A stretch of DNA of 64,000 nucleotides from Hyaloraphidium curvatum SAG 235-1. Lineage: Eukaryota; Fungi; Monoblepharomycota. Every line of letters starts with the position of its first letter. Position 1 is the first letter of the stretch. A model generated the notes under the pieces. That model was not told the origin of the DNA. It worked only from the letters and a program-made list of their open reading frames with translations, and did no database searches. The position numbers were made by a program, and so were the translations under genes. The DNA lies in contig JAIVFI010000018.1 in assembly GCA_025558095.1 (NCBI GenBank), positions 496,001 to 560,000 on the forward strand, written 5' to 3'. This document shows positions 12,155 through 23,443 of the stretch, piece after piece.

Positions 12155-12390
12155 GAGGGGGTGAATGCCCAACAACCTTCCGAGCTGCAAACACTTGATG
12201 CGACAACCTTTTGCTTCGTCATCATATCGGTCACTCGTATTCTATCCTACTCTGCGACGCAGGTTTCCGCGGAACGGCGCCCAGCGTTGCCTTGTCCGCC
12301 CGATCGTCCGTTCTCCACACCGGGCCCGCCGATCTCGCCATTTCCCCCCGACCATCAATCGAATCCTGTCTTCTCTCGCTCTCCTGGGCA
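12155..12390 (-). pseudogene. Degenerate copy of the 3' end and 3' flank of the F-box gene at 27584-28617
   Basis: GAGCTGCAAACACTTGATGCG(A/G)CAACCTTTTGC and GGTGAATGCCC match the reverse complement of 28553-28617; adjacent frameshifted GRGxWRD..ENGTIADKA resembles GREEWRD..EDGTLADEA. Confidence 0.55.
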
Positions 12391-12393
12391 GCT

Positions 12394-12846
12394 TCAGCGA
12401 TCGCGCATGATCGAGCGGACAATGGCAAAGAAGGCTTCCGTAACGCCTCCGCTCCTCACGTCATCGACCAGCGCGTCCTCGTTCATCCGCCGCAAGGCCG
12501 CCAGCATCTCCTTCGCGAATTCGAAAGAGTACGGTCCGTTTTCCGAATCCACAACCTCGTCCGCGAGGGCTCTCTTCGCGGCACCAATTCGGGCCGCATC
12601 GCGCAGGGTCGCGTGCCGGTCCGGACCCAAACAACTTTCGACCAGAGCCTGGGCGACGCGGAGGTCGTCGGTGGGGGCGATGGTTTCGCGGTCCGAGTCG
12701 TCCGAGCTGTCGTTTCCGGACGCGTCGCTGGGTGTCCGAGCGAAGGGTGAGAACGGGGCGCCGTGGCGGCGCGAGCGACGGTACTCGTGCGCGGTCTCGG
12801 CGGTCGAGTCGGTGTGGATGCTCTCGGGCTCCTCGCTGTTGGACAT
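12394..12846 (-). CDS. Hypothetical protein, 150 aa (possibly truncated)
   Basis: ORF with coding-like codon usage; acidic N-terminus, helical C-terminus. Confidence 0.45.
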   Translation of the reverse strand: MSNSEEPESIHTDSTAETAHEYRRSRRHGAPFSPFARTPSDASGNDSSDDSDRETIAPTDDLRVAQALVESCLGPDRHATLRDAARIGAAKRALADEVVDSENGPYSFEFAKEMLAALRRMNEDALVDDVRSGGVTEAFFAIVRSIMRDR

Positions 12847-13132
12847 GACGTTGGTTGCTCCCTTCTCCTGACTGGCGAACGAAGTTTTCGGTTCCGACGC
12901 CTCGCTGGCTGCTGGAAGCGCGGCCCGCCCCTTGCGACGACAACGCGTCGTTCAAGACTTCCACGTCTTGACGCGTTTGCCTGGCTCCCCGGACGAAAAA
13001 GATGGCCGCATTACCCTGCTGAATGGTGTTGTTCCTCCTCCCGGTCTTCATTCAGACGCGTTTCCATCGGAGACGGCCATCGTTTGCGCGTCCCACCGAA
13101 TCAAACCGCCATGGGCACCTGAGGCCGCCCAA

Positions 13133-15483
13133 ATGGCCTCCTTCCTCCTGCATGTCGTTGCATTTGTCGGGCTCGCCGCCGCCTTGCTCGCGGCGGCCGA
13201 GCTGGCCCTGCGCAACAGCAGGGAACCGCAGCTGTGCCAGATGACCTACATGTGGCCCAACTACCTCCCGGTGGTGGACATGAACGGGACGCGGTCGCGC
13301 CTCGGGGGCCGCTACGGAATGTTCCTTTACCGGGACGGGGACTGGGAGATGGGGAGCAGCGAGGTCGGTGACATTCAACGGCGTTTCGTGGACCGAGTGT
13401 CTTACGGACCGTCGGCGTCTCGTTCCCCTAGCTTGCCGGCGATCCGGTCATCTTCGTGCCCGGGAACGCCGGTTCGTACCGACAAGTGCGGTCGCTTGCG
13501 ACGGAGTCGGCGTCGGAAGCCTGGAACTGGACTCGCTCGCAGGAGGGCTGCCGAGTCTTGAAGGACAGGAATCCGGAGCTCGCTTTGGACTGCTCGACGT
13601 ACAGGCCGAGGAAGCTGACCTTTTTTGCGCTCGATTTCCGGGAGGAGCTTTCCGCTTTCCGGGGAACGACGCTGCTGGACCAGGCAGAGTACCTGAACGA
13701 CGCGCTGCGCTTCGTCCAAGGACTCTACCTCGCTGTCGGGGCCCGCGTGCCGCCAACGGTGGCCATAGTTGCGCACAGCATGGGCGGGATCGTCGCCAGG
13801 GCGGCGTTCACGCTTCCGAACCATTCTGCTGGATCTGTGGACTTGCTAGTCACGCTTGCCACGCCCCACGCGAGGGCACCGCTGGCGCTGGACAGGGCAA
13901 CTGTGCAGCTGTACGGAAGGCTGGCTTCGGCCTGGGAAGCTTCTAGCCCCTCGGTAGCCCTGGTTTCGATCGCCGGCGGCAATAGGGACCACATGTTTGG
14001 CAGCGAGCTTTGCACCACTTCGGGGTTCGCCTCCGCGGGGAGCTCGTTCACGGCCTTCACGACGGGGATTGCGGATGTCTGGCTTACGACGGATCATCTT
14101 TCCATCCTGTGGTGCAACCAGCTCGTGCGCGCTTTGTCGCGCGGCCTCGTCGGCCACGCTAGCCTTCGCTCGAAAGAGCTTCGGACACCTGTCGATGCGG
14201 CTGCGTTTTGGAGCCGCAATCTTTTGCCGGCCGGCGATCCCCTTCGCAACCTTGGTTCCGCGTCGGCCGGCACGGCCAGGGAGCTCGGATTCCGTTGGTC
14301 TTGGTCGGGCACTCTTACGGGCGAGCAACCCTACCACGACCTTGTGGCCCGCGTCCCGTTGGAGTATCTGCAGTACAAGCTGTTCTGCGACGCGACCTGT
14401 GGAGATGGAAACGGTGCCGGCGTCGTGATCCTGCAGGCGGTTTCGTGCGGGGAGGAGAAGAAGCGCATGCGCGTCGCGGACTTCCCCCATCACGTTCCCA
14501 TTTCCTTCCATTGCCCGGAGAATGGGAGCCCACGAGATGCATTGCTGTACCTCCGGGCAATTGTCCCCGCGCGGTGCGGGGAAGTGCGGTTCCGGCTTCG
14601 CGTCGACATGTTGGGTTCGCTCGGCAGGCTCGTCAAGTCGAACTTCCTCGGCATCATCTCCCTTTCTCTTGGAATCGAGATCTCCATGCTGCTTGTCAGG
14701 CCGCGTACCTCAGCATCCGTCCCTTTTCACTTGCGCACGCGGACAACGGCCGCGCTGAAGCTCCTTGGTGCTGCGTCAGCTCTGTGCGCGGTTCTCAAAG
14801 CTTTTGGCTTTCCGATCCTCGGGACCTCTGCCAAGGATCTGTTCAGCTTTGGACACGTTTCGATTGCAAGGTACTTGCTCGAGTCCTCTGTGCTTGTGCC
14901 CCTTGCCGTTGCGTTGGCAGCTTTGGCTGAGGGCTTCGAGGGCGCGATCGCCTTCGCTGCGCGCTTCCCCTCAAAGCTCCTTGCTGCCGTCGGACTGACC
15001 GCGCAAGCGGTCGATGGCTGCGTCGCTGTGATCCGAGCTGCATTGCTCCTTGCCCCTTTGGTGCTGGGCTTGCCTCTGGGATTCGGCATTGCGGCAGTTC
15101 TGCTAGCCGCGTCACTTGGACCCTCGACACCCGGCAACAATCATCTCTGTCGCATTCCTCTCCTAATCCTCCTCATACCTAACGGAATGCGCGCCTACGC
15201 GACCCTCAGCCACTGGGCCGCTGGTTTGCTGCAAGCGTCGGATCGGCAGAGATGGCACTACACCGTTCTCGCCCTGGCCTCGTACCTCCGCCTCCCGCAG
15301 GCCACGGACCGCCTCTCAGGATGGATACGAACGTCGCTCGGGGCTCTCTCGCTGGTGCTCTTTGGGCTGAGCTACCGCCACCTGTATCTGGCCACGGACA
15401 TTGTGTGCCTGGCCTATGGCCTTGTACTCCTTGATGAGGCCCTTCACCGCACGCGCCACGGGCGAAAACAGGCTATGTACTGA
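13133..15483 (+). CDS. BST1: GPI inositol-deacylase (PGAP1/Bst1 family)
   Basis: CQMTYMWPNY, IFVPGNAGSYRQVRS, VAHSMGG nucleophile, LATPH and DHLSILWCNQL motifs; C-terminal TM helices; intron near 13363-13431. Confidence 0.88.
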
Positions 15484-15539
15484 CTCTAATATACCCCTTG
15501 GAAAGGCACGGGATTCGCGCGGACAGTCGCAGATCGAAA

Positions 15540-17676
15540 CTACAAGCGAATTGAGGTGCCGGCAGACGCCGACGCGGTCTTGGTGATGAGGAGGTCCTCG
15601 AAGAGCTGACGAACAGGATGAGCATTTAGCTTAACAGATATGGATGTTTGCCTGATCTCACCTGCATCCACACACTTGCGCCAATCATCAGGGCGTCCTC
15701 GTGGAAGTCAAAGAGGGGGCTGGAACCAAATGTCAAGCCACGATGCGGCGCCGCGGAATCTGTTGACCGACCTGTGGTGCGGATATGCCGCAAGGCGAGT
15801 GTTGTCCGGGGCTGCTCCGACAAACATGAACGCGCCGGGACGGACGTTCAGGAAGAAGGAAAAGTCCTCGGAACCCTGGAAAGGCAAATGTGTCAGGTCA
15901 GATAGCCACCGTGCGCAGATCTCCTACCATCATGCCCTTGGTCAACAGCGACGCTCCAGTGCCAACGACCTTCTGCGCCGCGTTGAGTGCAATCTCTGCC
16001 TCCTTTGCGTGGTTGACCGTGCAAGGGTAGTTGCCCTTGATCGTCGGCGTAATTTTGCACTCGTAGGCTTGCGAAAGCCCGGCGCAAAGGGTGCGGATCC
16101 GGTGGTGGATCTTCTCGCGAACCTCTTCGTTGAAGTATCGAATGGTACCCTCCAGGCGAGCATCGTCGGCAATGACGTTGCTCGCCGTCCCCGCTTGGAT
16201 CTTGCCCACCGTCAGGACACCTGGTTTGCGAGAGCTTGTCAAACAACTAGACGGCGACAAGGTGCCGGTCGGACGCACCGGTCTCCATGGGGTCGACGTT
16301 GCGCGAGAGGATGGAGTGAAGCTGAGCGACGAGCTGCGTCGCGACAAGGATCGAGTCCACGGTCTGGTGCGGCATGGCGCCGTGGCCGCCCACGCCCTTG
16401 ACTAGTGCGGCCATGAGCAGCGTTCGCAGGGGCTACGATGCCCAGCTCACCATCGATGTCCAGCGTATCGACACCGGCCATGAGCGGCCCGGGCTTCGAC
16501 GCAACCATGCCGAGTGGAATTGCCGAAATGAGATGGATTCCGTACTGTTGACAAATGTGAGAACCAGGCTGCGGTTCGCAATGCAAGTGTCCCATACGAA
16601 GGCGTCGATGTCCTTCAGGCTCCCGGCTTTCAGCAAATTGTCATCCAGCATCTTCTTGGCGCCACCGCCGCCCTCCTCCGCGGGCTGGAACAGGAAGACG
16701 ATGGTGCCGCTGATCTCGGAAGGAGGGTACTTGGCCACCACCGCGCGGGCAAAGAACAGCAGCACTTGGAATCGGAGATCAGCAGAGATCGCGGTATAAA
16801 CACAAAGCAAACCAACTCGTCACGTGGCCGTCCTGCCCTCGAACGTCAGCCGCGGACACCGCAAGCACACGGCCACCCAACTCACGTGTCCACAAGCATG
16901 CATCACGCCGGAGTTCTTGCTGATCCAGTTCTCGGACTTGTTCCCCTCGGCCCGCTCGTTGACAGGCAGACCGTCCTGCAAACGACACGTTATCAGCCAA
17001 AGGACACACGAGCGTCAGCAAAGACTAACCATGTCGGCACGGAACGCGATCGTCGGCCCCGCCTTGGCCCCGCGGTAGCTGGTGACCAAGACAGGTCAGC
17101 TGGGAGACGACACGGTCACCGTTGCCACTAACATTCCGATGAGCCCAGTAACGCCGAGTCCTGTGACAACCTGCACATATGTGAGAGTTACAAGCTGCTC
17201 CTCGATGTGCGCAGAGCGGGAAGGTACCTCGACGCCCGGAAGCTTCCGCAATTGCTCGGCGAGGAAGTCTGCGGTGCGGGTCTCCTGGAAGCCCAACTCG
17301 GGCCACGAGTCTTCACGGAGGGGGATAAGGCAGCCATCGTGGTGTTCAGCACCGAGTCGGGGCAGTAGAAATCGCGAGCCGGAATGCCCAGCAGGGGAGC
17401 GGCGCGCACGAGGGGTATCCGGCAGTCAGCGGCCCAGCGGAGATCGCGGAACGAGCTAAGCAACGTACGGAGCATGCGCCGCAGCTGGACCATTTCCGAG
17501 TAGTACTCCTGGAACTCGGGGCGCACCTTGGGAGGCGGCAAAGCCTTCCGTTCGGAAGCGGTTCGGTTCATCGCGAGCAGCCCGCCATCGCCCGCTCCGT
17601 CCGCCGTTTCATTGAGGAAAGCTTCCCCATCAAGCGCTTCCAGCACGCCGCAGCAGCACGAGTGCGCGTGGGCCAT
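15540..17676 (-). CDS. M20D family amidohydrolase (hippurate/IAA-amino acid hydrolase-like)
   Basis: PELGFQE, FRADMDGLP, MHACGHDGH, FQPAEEG, GGHGAMPH, SEDFSFF and HH..FDFHE motifs; about 11 introns. Confidence 0.92.
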
Positions 17677-18327
17677 CTCGGAAGTTGGCGGGATTGCGGA
17701 AAGGACCGACCACGGGCGCCCGCCTCCCAAACCACGATTTGCCTTCGCTTCACTCGCTCGTTCAGGGGTAGCCTAGAATAGGGAATGCAACTACAGTGAT
17801 GCAAGTATTTTCTCTCTCCAAGCTGCCATCCGACTGTCTGATGCCATTCGGGTTCGAATAAGTCACATCGAAGCTTGACTCCATATGAACGCCGAGAGCT
17901 AGCAGTGCCCGAGTGGATGTTCTTTGCAGGACGCAGCTGTTCCTCTTGTAGCCGTTCTTCTTCTATCGATGCTGTCCTTGGCTATTACCTGTCCGCAGTA
18001 GCCTTTCGAAAGGGTCCGGGACCCGGCCGGCCGTGGTGTTGATCGTCGGGCCGCGGGCCCGCCGCGCGTGACGCGATATCCGCAGCTTTCTCTTTCCCAG
18101 GTCCCGACCCCCCTCTTGCCCAGCAAAACGGACGCGATCCCTCGGAAATCGCGCAGCTGAATCAGACGCGTCGGCTCCGCGTCGTGCGGGGGGCGTGCGG
18201 CGGATTTGGCGTTCGGACGTCGAGTCGCTCGCTCCGCGTTGGGTGACGGAGAAAGAGTCTTCTCCCCTCCCTGCTGCCGCCTCGGCCCCGAGAAGACTTC
18301 AGCGCGGACTCCAATCGACATATACAC

Positions 18328-20048
18328 ATGGCTGGCTCGACGATTGACCCCAGCGTGCCGGGTCGGGCGTCCCCAGAGGGTGAAGAGAAAGAGAAATCGG
18401 CAGCAGAGCCGTCTGTCAAGCTGGCGCCCGGCACCGTCGTCGAGAAGCCAAGCCTGAGTCTCAAGGGCGTGGTTGCAAGATACGTAAGTGAATCGCGTCG
18501 GCCGAATGTGGCAGGGGCTCTCGTTGCTCACGGCACGGACCGGTTTGACAGGACGCGGATCACGACAGCTACATTGTCGTTGGCGACGATCTGTCGACTT
18601 TCCACGTCAGGCCGGCTAAGCAGGAATCTTATCGCGTCCAAGAAGTCGACGGGGATGAAAAGGCCGTGTGGCAAAAGGTGCTGAAGGACTGGGAAGCCAA
18701 GGGCTCGAAATGTGAGCTACAGCGGTTCGGTCGTTACGTACCATCTAACGCAGATGTCTTTCCAGACGATTGGGCGACGCATCGCTGGGACCCGGCGGAA
18801 GACCACCCATCGCTCTCCCCCACGCTCACGCCCGAACTGTCGCGCACCTTGCTCGAGATGGCTCTTCTTCGGCAGGGCTACGGCCTTGTGAGCCGCCTGC
18901 TTTCCTTCTACCCCCCGTCGGCTCCCTATTTGCACTTTGCTGCCCGCTCGCTGGACCCCAACATGGTGTCGCTGGTGCTCTCCAAGGGCGCCAGGGTCGA
19001 CGACACCGGCGACGAGTGGAAAGGCAACACGGCGCTCGGTGTGCTGGCAAGCCTGTGTTCGTGCGAGGTCGTTGGACTTAGCAAATGCCGCGGTCACCGT
19101 CGCGACGAGCTTTGGGCAGCGGGAGACAACGAGCTAGCAGTGGAAGAGGAGTACAACAATGGCCAGGGCGGAAGCGGAAGCGGAGGGCCGAGACGCGGAC
19201 TCAGCGGGACCTGGAACCTCGCGATTCCGGGGGAAACGACGGCGCAGGACCAGCTTCTCGCCTGCGCGCAGATGCTCATTTCCAAGTCGGCGTCCTTGGA
19301 CCACACCAACTCGGCTTCGGAACCGATCCTGTTCCTGGCGATGGGTTCACATAACGACGCCCTTGCGAGGCTGCTGCTGGATAAGGGAGCGTGGTACGAG
19401 CTGCCGGGCGGGGCTGGAAACCCGGTCCACGCGGCCGCAGGGTGCTACAAGCTCACCGAGGCCCGCGCCGCCGTCTTGGGCAAGGTCGAAAAGGCCTCCG
19501 ACGAAGAGCGTGCGAGGTGGCTGTGGATGAAGGACCACGATGGCTACCTGCCGATCCACTACGCTGCTCAAGCCGGGGACGCTGTGCTTGTGAAACGGAT
19601 CGTCGGTTGGGATTCCGGGCTCGTCGGCGCGCTGTCGGGAGACGGCGAAACGCCTCTGGCAGTTGCAGCGCACTACGGTCATCCGAAAACCATAAAGACG
19701 TTGTTGGACTTGGGCGCCGACCCGCAGGTCAGGGACTCGCGCGGGGTGGGGCCGATCGAGTACGCCGGGTCGTTTGCGCACTCGAGGTCGTGCGAGGTGC
19801 TCGGCAAGGCGATCGCCGAGTCCGTGGCCGGCGGCAACGTTCCCCTCGACGTGTGCAGAAACATTAACGGCGGCTGCACCTCGGTCGTGAATCCCGAGCA
19901 AGATCGGACTTGCCGGAGGTGCGGCACGAAGAAGTATTGCAGCGTGGACTGTGCCAAGGAGGACTGGCTTGGTGGCCACCGGACGAAGTGTGCACGGACC
20001 CAGGGCGGCAGAAATCGGAGCGAGAGCATGGTCAGTTTTGTTGCTTAG
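18328..20048 (+). CDS. Ankyrin-repeat protein with C-terminal MYND zinc finger
   Basis: GYLPIHYAA and GETPLAVAAHYGH ankyrin motifs; CRRC..YCSVDCAKEDW..GHRTKC; intron after 18483. Confidence 0.85.
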
Positions 20049-20098
20049 GAGCCTTGGAGTTGAATCTTTCGATACCTTAGAGGGAAATACAGCGCAGC

Positions 20099-21552
20099 TC
20101 AGACCTTACCGCCCACGACCATGCCGCCCACCATGACTCCAATGCCCCACCAGATCGCCCCGATCGCGAACCACCCCGCCCAGGCGAACACTCCACACCA
20201 TGCGAAGAGCTCGACCAAATCAACAATGCCGGGCTCCATACGGACTTCCTTTTTCTCGGCCTTGGCCGCGGTGGCCTTTCCGCCGTACAGCTCCACTGCG
20301 ACTTCTGAATCCACGTCGCCGGAAAAGTTCCATCGATCATGGTAGAAGTGCTGCATCCTTCTGTCCTTTTCGAGCCACAGCTCCCGTAGCCATTGCGCAA
20401 ACTGGTCCTCGGCGCTCTTAGCCTTGATCGCGTCCGCAGGAACCGAGTACGGCCCTGTTGCGCCCGCGGGTTTGAGGGGCGCTGAACCCGCTTTGCCGCC
20501 GAAGCCCGGAATCGAGGCAACAGGGACATCCCTGATGTGGATGCCGAACCTCGCGCCGCCAGGGAGCGCCGGGCGGAAGAAGCACAGCGGCACGGGGAAC
20601 ACATCAAACGGCATCTCGGTCGGCAGCACGTCAGAGTATCCGATGGTCAAGTCCCAGACGGTGTCGGGCTTCAGGTTCACCATGGCTGAGTAGAGCCCGC
20701 CGTGCTTGGGAAGCAGTGTGTGCGTCTGGTCAAACGGCAGTCCGTTGCTGTCCGCAAACTCCTTGGAGCGCGCCAGATTCTTCGGGTAGATGAGCGTGCC
20801 CTCGGGGAAGATGAGGAACCAGAACGGGTTGGGGACGTATCGCAGGATCGACTTGGTGAAGGCGGCCATGGGAGACTCGCCCGCGGGGCCCTTGAAGTTG
20901 CCAAACTTGACCTATCGGATTGGCAAGGAATCAGACGCTGACACAAACACCCGAAGCTGAATGATTACCCAGGTGAACTTGAAGAAGTCGCAACCCATTC
21001 CAAAGACGGGAACCTTCCTCAGGTCACCGCGCAAAACGATTTTGACGTCGCCATGCCGCTTCTGCATCCAGGCCAGGTGCCAGAGATACCACCAGTCCAA
21101 GAAGTTCTGGTGGTTCGAAATCACGACGGCCTTGTCGCTTTTTGACGCGAGGAATTTCGAGACGTCGCCGGTCAAGACGAACGTCGTGGGGAAGAAGAGC
21201 CAAGTGAGGAGCAGCAAGACCACGCCAAAGAGGCGCTCGGTCTCGCGAATGTAAGCGTAGCGGAGGTCTTTAGGAAGGAGCAATGCGGGCCATTGCGAGC
21301 CCTGGAGGATCACGGCGATGATGCCGAAGCCGAGGGTCCATGCGAGGGCCTTGAGCACAAAGACGGGGCCAATCGAGGCTTGCTGGCGGCGAGGCTTGAG
21401 ACTGGCGGGTCGGCATAGGGGTCGAATGTCAATGACGTCCATATCAGCGCGTTGCAGCCCGCGAACCTCGTTGCCGCGTCCGCAAGGTCAACGCCAGCCG
21501 CGGTCCCATTGGCTCGGCGCCGGAGCCCGTCGGCGTTCGCAGAGTCCGTCAT
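20099..21552 (-). CDS. Lysophospholipid acyltransferase (PlsC family, LCLAT1/Cst26-like)
   Basis: SNHQNFLDW (NHx4D), LIFPEGT, LLPKHGG and DLTIGY motifs; 2 introns inferred. Confidence 0.88.
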
Positions 21553-21703
21553 GCAAGTAGATGGCAGCCGCGGAAAGCACGTAGCACTGCTACGGAGGGG
21601 ACTGGAGCGGGCGGACAAACAGAGCACGTGCCCGACGGAGGCCGACGCGCGCACGCGCGCGATCGCGGAATCCGACGGGGGACACGGCCGAAACGCGATC
21701 CAA

Positions 21704-22672
21704 ATGGCGCAACGGACGACGCCGCTGACTAAAGAGAATGCCGAGTCTTTCCTCGACTCCATCGACGCGTTCCTCCTGGATTGTGATGGCGTACTCTGGG
21801 AAGGATCCCGGACGTTTCCCGGCATCCCCGAGACTTTAGAATGGCTCCGGAGCCGTGGAAAGAAGCTGTGCTTCGTGTCAAACAATTCGCGGACGTCTCG
21901 GGCGGAGTATCAGAAGAAGATGAACGCTCTGGGTATCAAGGCCGATGTCGTATGTCATCATCTCGAGCCGGAGCGAGAGAAGGCTCTGACGCGTCGCCTG
22001 CCCAAGGGGGAGATCTTCTCTTCCTCCTACGCGGCAGCTCTGTACGTCAGCAAGCTTCCAAGTCCCCAGAAGGCGTACATCATCGGTGGTCCCGGAATCG
22101 GGGAGGAGCTCGCCCTCCTTTCCATCCCTTCCCTCCACTCGGACGTTCATGCGCGCCCGATCAAATCCACAACGGAGGCGACTGCCGAGATCCACGCTAG
22201 CGACGATCCGACCATCACTGTGGTTGTTGTCGGACTCGACTTCGACATCTCGTATCTCAAGTTCGCGTACGCTAAGAATCTGTTGGACCGAGGGTGCCGG
22301 TTCGTCGCGACCAACACGGACGACACGCTCCCGGCGGAGGGAATGGAGCTGCCCGGCGGTGGTTGCATGGTTCGGTTTCTTGAAACGTGTGCCCGACGCC
22401 CGCCGGATGAGGTGGTAGGAAAGCCCAACCAGACTTTCCTGGAGGCGATCCTCAGCGCCCTTGACCTCGATCGGAGCCGGACATGCATGGTGGGTGACAA
22501 GCTGTCGACGGACATCCTTTTCGGCAACAACGGCGGCCTGTCTACGCTCCTCGTGTTTACCGGGGTGACGTCGAAGGCGGACTTGGCCGCCCCCACCAAT
22601 GAGACTCATCCGACCTTCACGATCGAGGCGCTCGCGGACCTGAGAAATCTTGTAACGGGCAAGGGCAATTGA
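21704..22672 (+). CDS. PHO13: HAD class IIA phosphatase (phosphoglycolate/p-nitrophenyl phosphatase)
   Basis: DCDGVLW, VSNNS, ATNTD, GKP, MVGDKLSTDI and LVFTGV motifs; one in-frame 60-nt intron likely. Confidence 0.9.
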   Translation: MAQRTTPLTKENAESFLDSIDAFLLDCDGVLWEGSRTFPGIPETLEWLRSRGKKLCFVSNNSRTSRAEYQKKMNALGIKADVVCHHLEPEREKALTRRLPKGEIFSSSYAAALYVSKLPSPQKAYIIGGPGIGEELALLSIPSLHSDVHARPIKSTTEATAEIHASDDPTITVVVVGLDFDISYLKFAYAKNLLDRGCRFVATNTDDTLPAEGMELPGGGCMVRFLETCARRPPDEVVGKPNQTFLEAILSALDLDRSRTCMVGDKLSTDILFGNNGGLSTLLVFTGVTSKADLAAPTNETHPTFTIEALADLRNLVTGKGN

Positions 22673-22697
22673 TTGTACCTGCTTGTACATAGCTCTT

Positions 22698-23130
22698 TCA
22701 CACCGGGCATGTGGACCACTGCTTCTTGACTCCGTCCCAAGTTGGGTAGCAGCTAGGTCCCGTCGGGGTACCTACATCGCAAAGTCAACCATAGACCGTA
22801 GTTCGATGCAGAGGCGCTCACCGAAGGAGGAAAAGCCGTTGTACAGGATGTATCCGTGCTTGTGCTTCGCGAGGCCGTCCTCCAAGGCGGAGCTCTGCGT
22901 TTGCAGGGCCGTGACTTGGGCTTTCAAGATCTCCACCTAGAACGCTGTCAGAGGCCATTACATGCTTGCCAACGGAAGCGGACCTGGGATTGGAGCGCGA
23001 GGATGGTCTGGTTGAGCCGGCAGAGCGAGTCGCAGACGACCAGGACTGGCGAAGACACGGCCAAGCCCTGGGCTCCCGAAAAGGCGGCAAACAAGGCGAC
23101 GATTGCGGCGAGCAGCACCCGGAGTTGCAT
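22698..23130 (-). CDS. Small secreted coiled-coil protein (111 aa)
   Basis: Exons 23130-22984, 22936-22822 and 22771-22698 splice in frame; signal peptide, heptad repeat and four Cys. Confidence 0.65.
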
Positions 23131-23443
23131 TCTTTGAAACGGGCGAGTTTTGGACGAGCTGGGCGGCACACTGGTGCAAATGAAGGCGGGTTGTAAGGCG
23201 ACCGGCTGTGCAGCGGATCATCCGCCGGCGGGAGAGGAAGATCCTCCCCCCAGATTTCCCACCCGATCGGTTTGCACAGATCAATTGCCCGTACTCCCTC
23301 CGACCACCTGACTTCCTCGTGTACGGGCTGTTGGTCATCTGAGCTCGTCTCGCGTCGTCTCTTTTCCCACCAAAGCTATGTACAAGCCCAAGATGAAGAA
23401 GCAACGCCCGCCCGCTCCATGGCCCAGATCTCATGCCCGCCGC

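Noticed and set aside
17765-17865. tRNA-like A box and GGTTCGAAT B box
   Set aside because: No T-stem or acceptor-stem pairing
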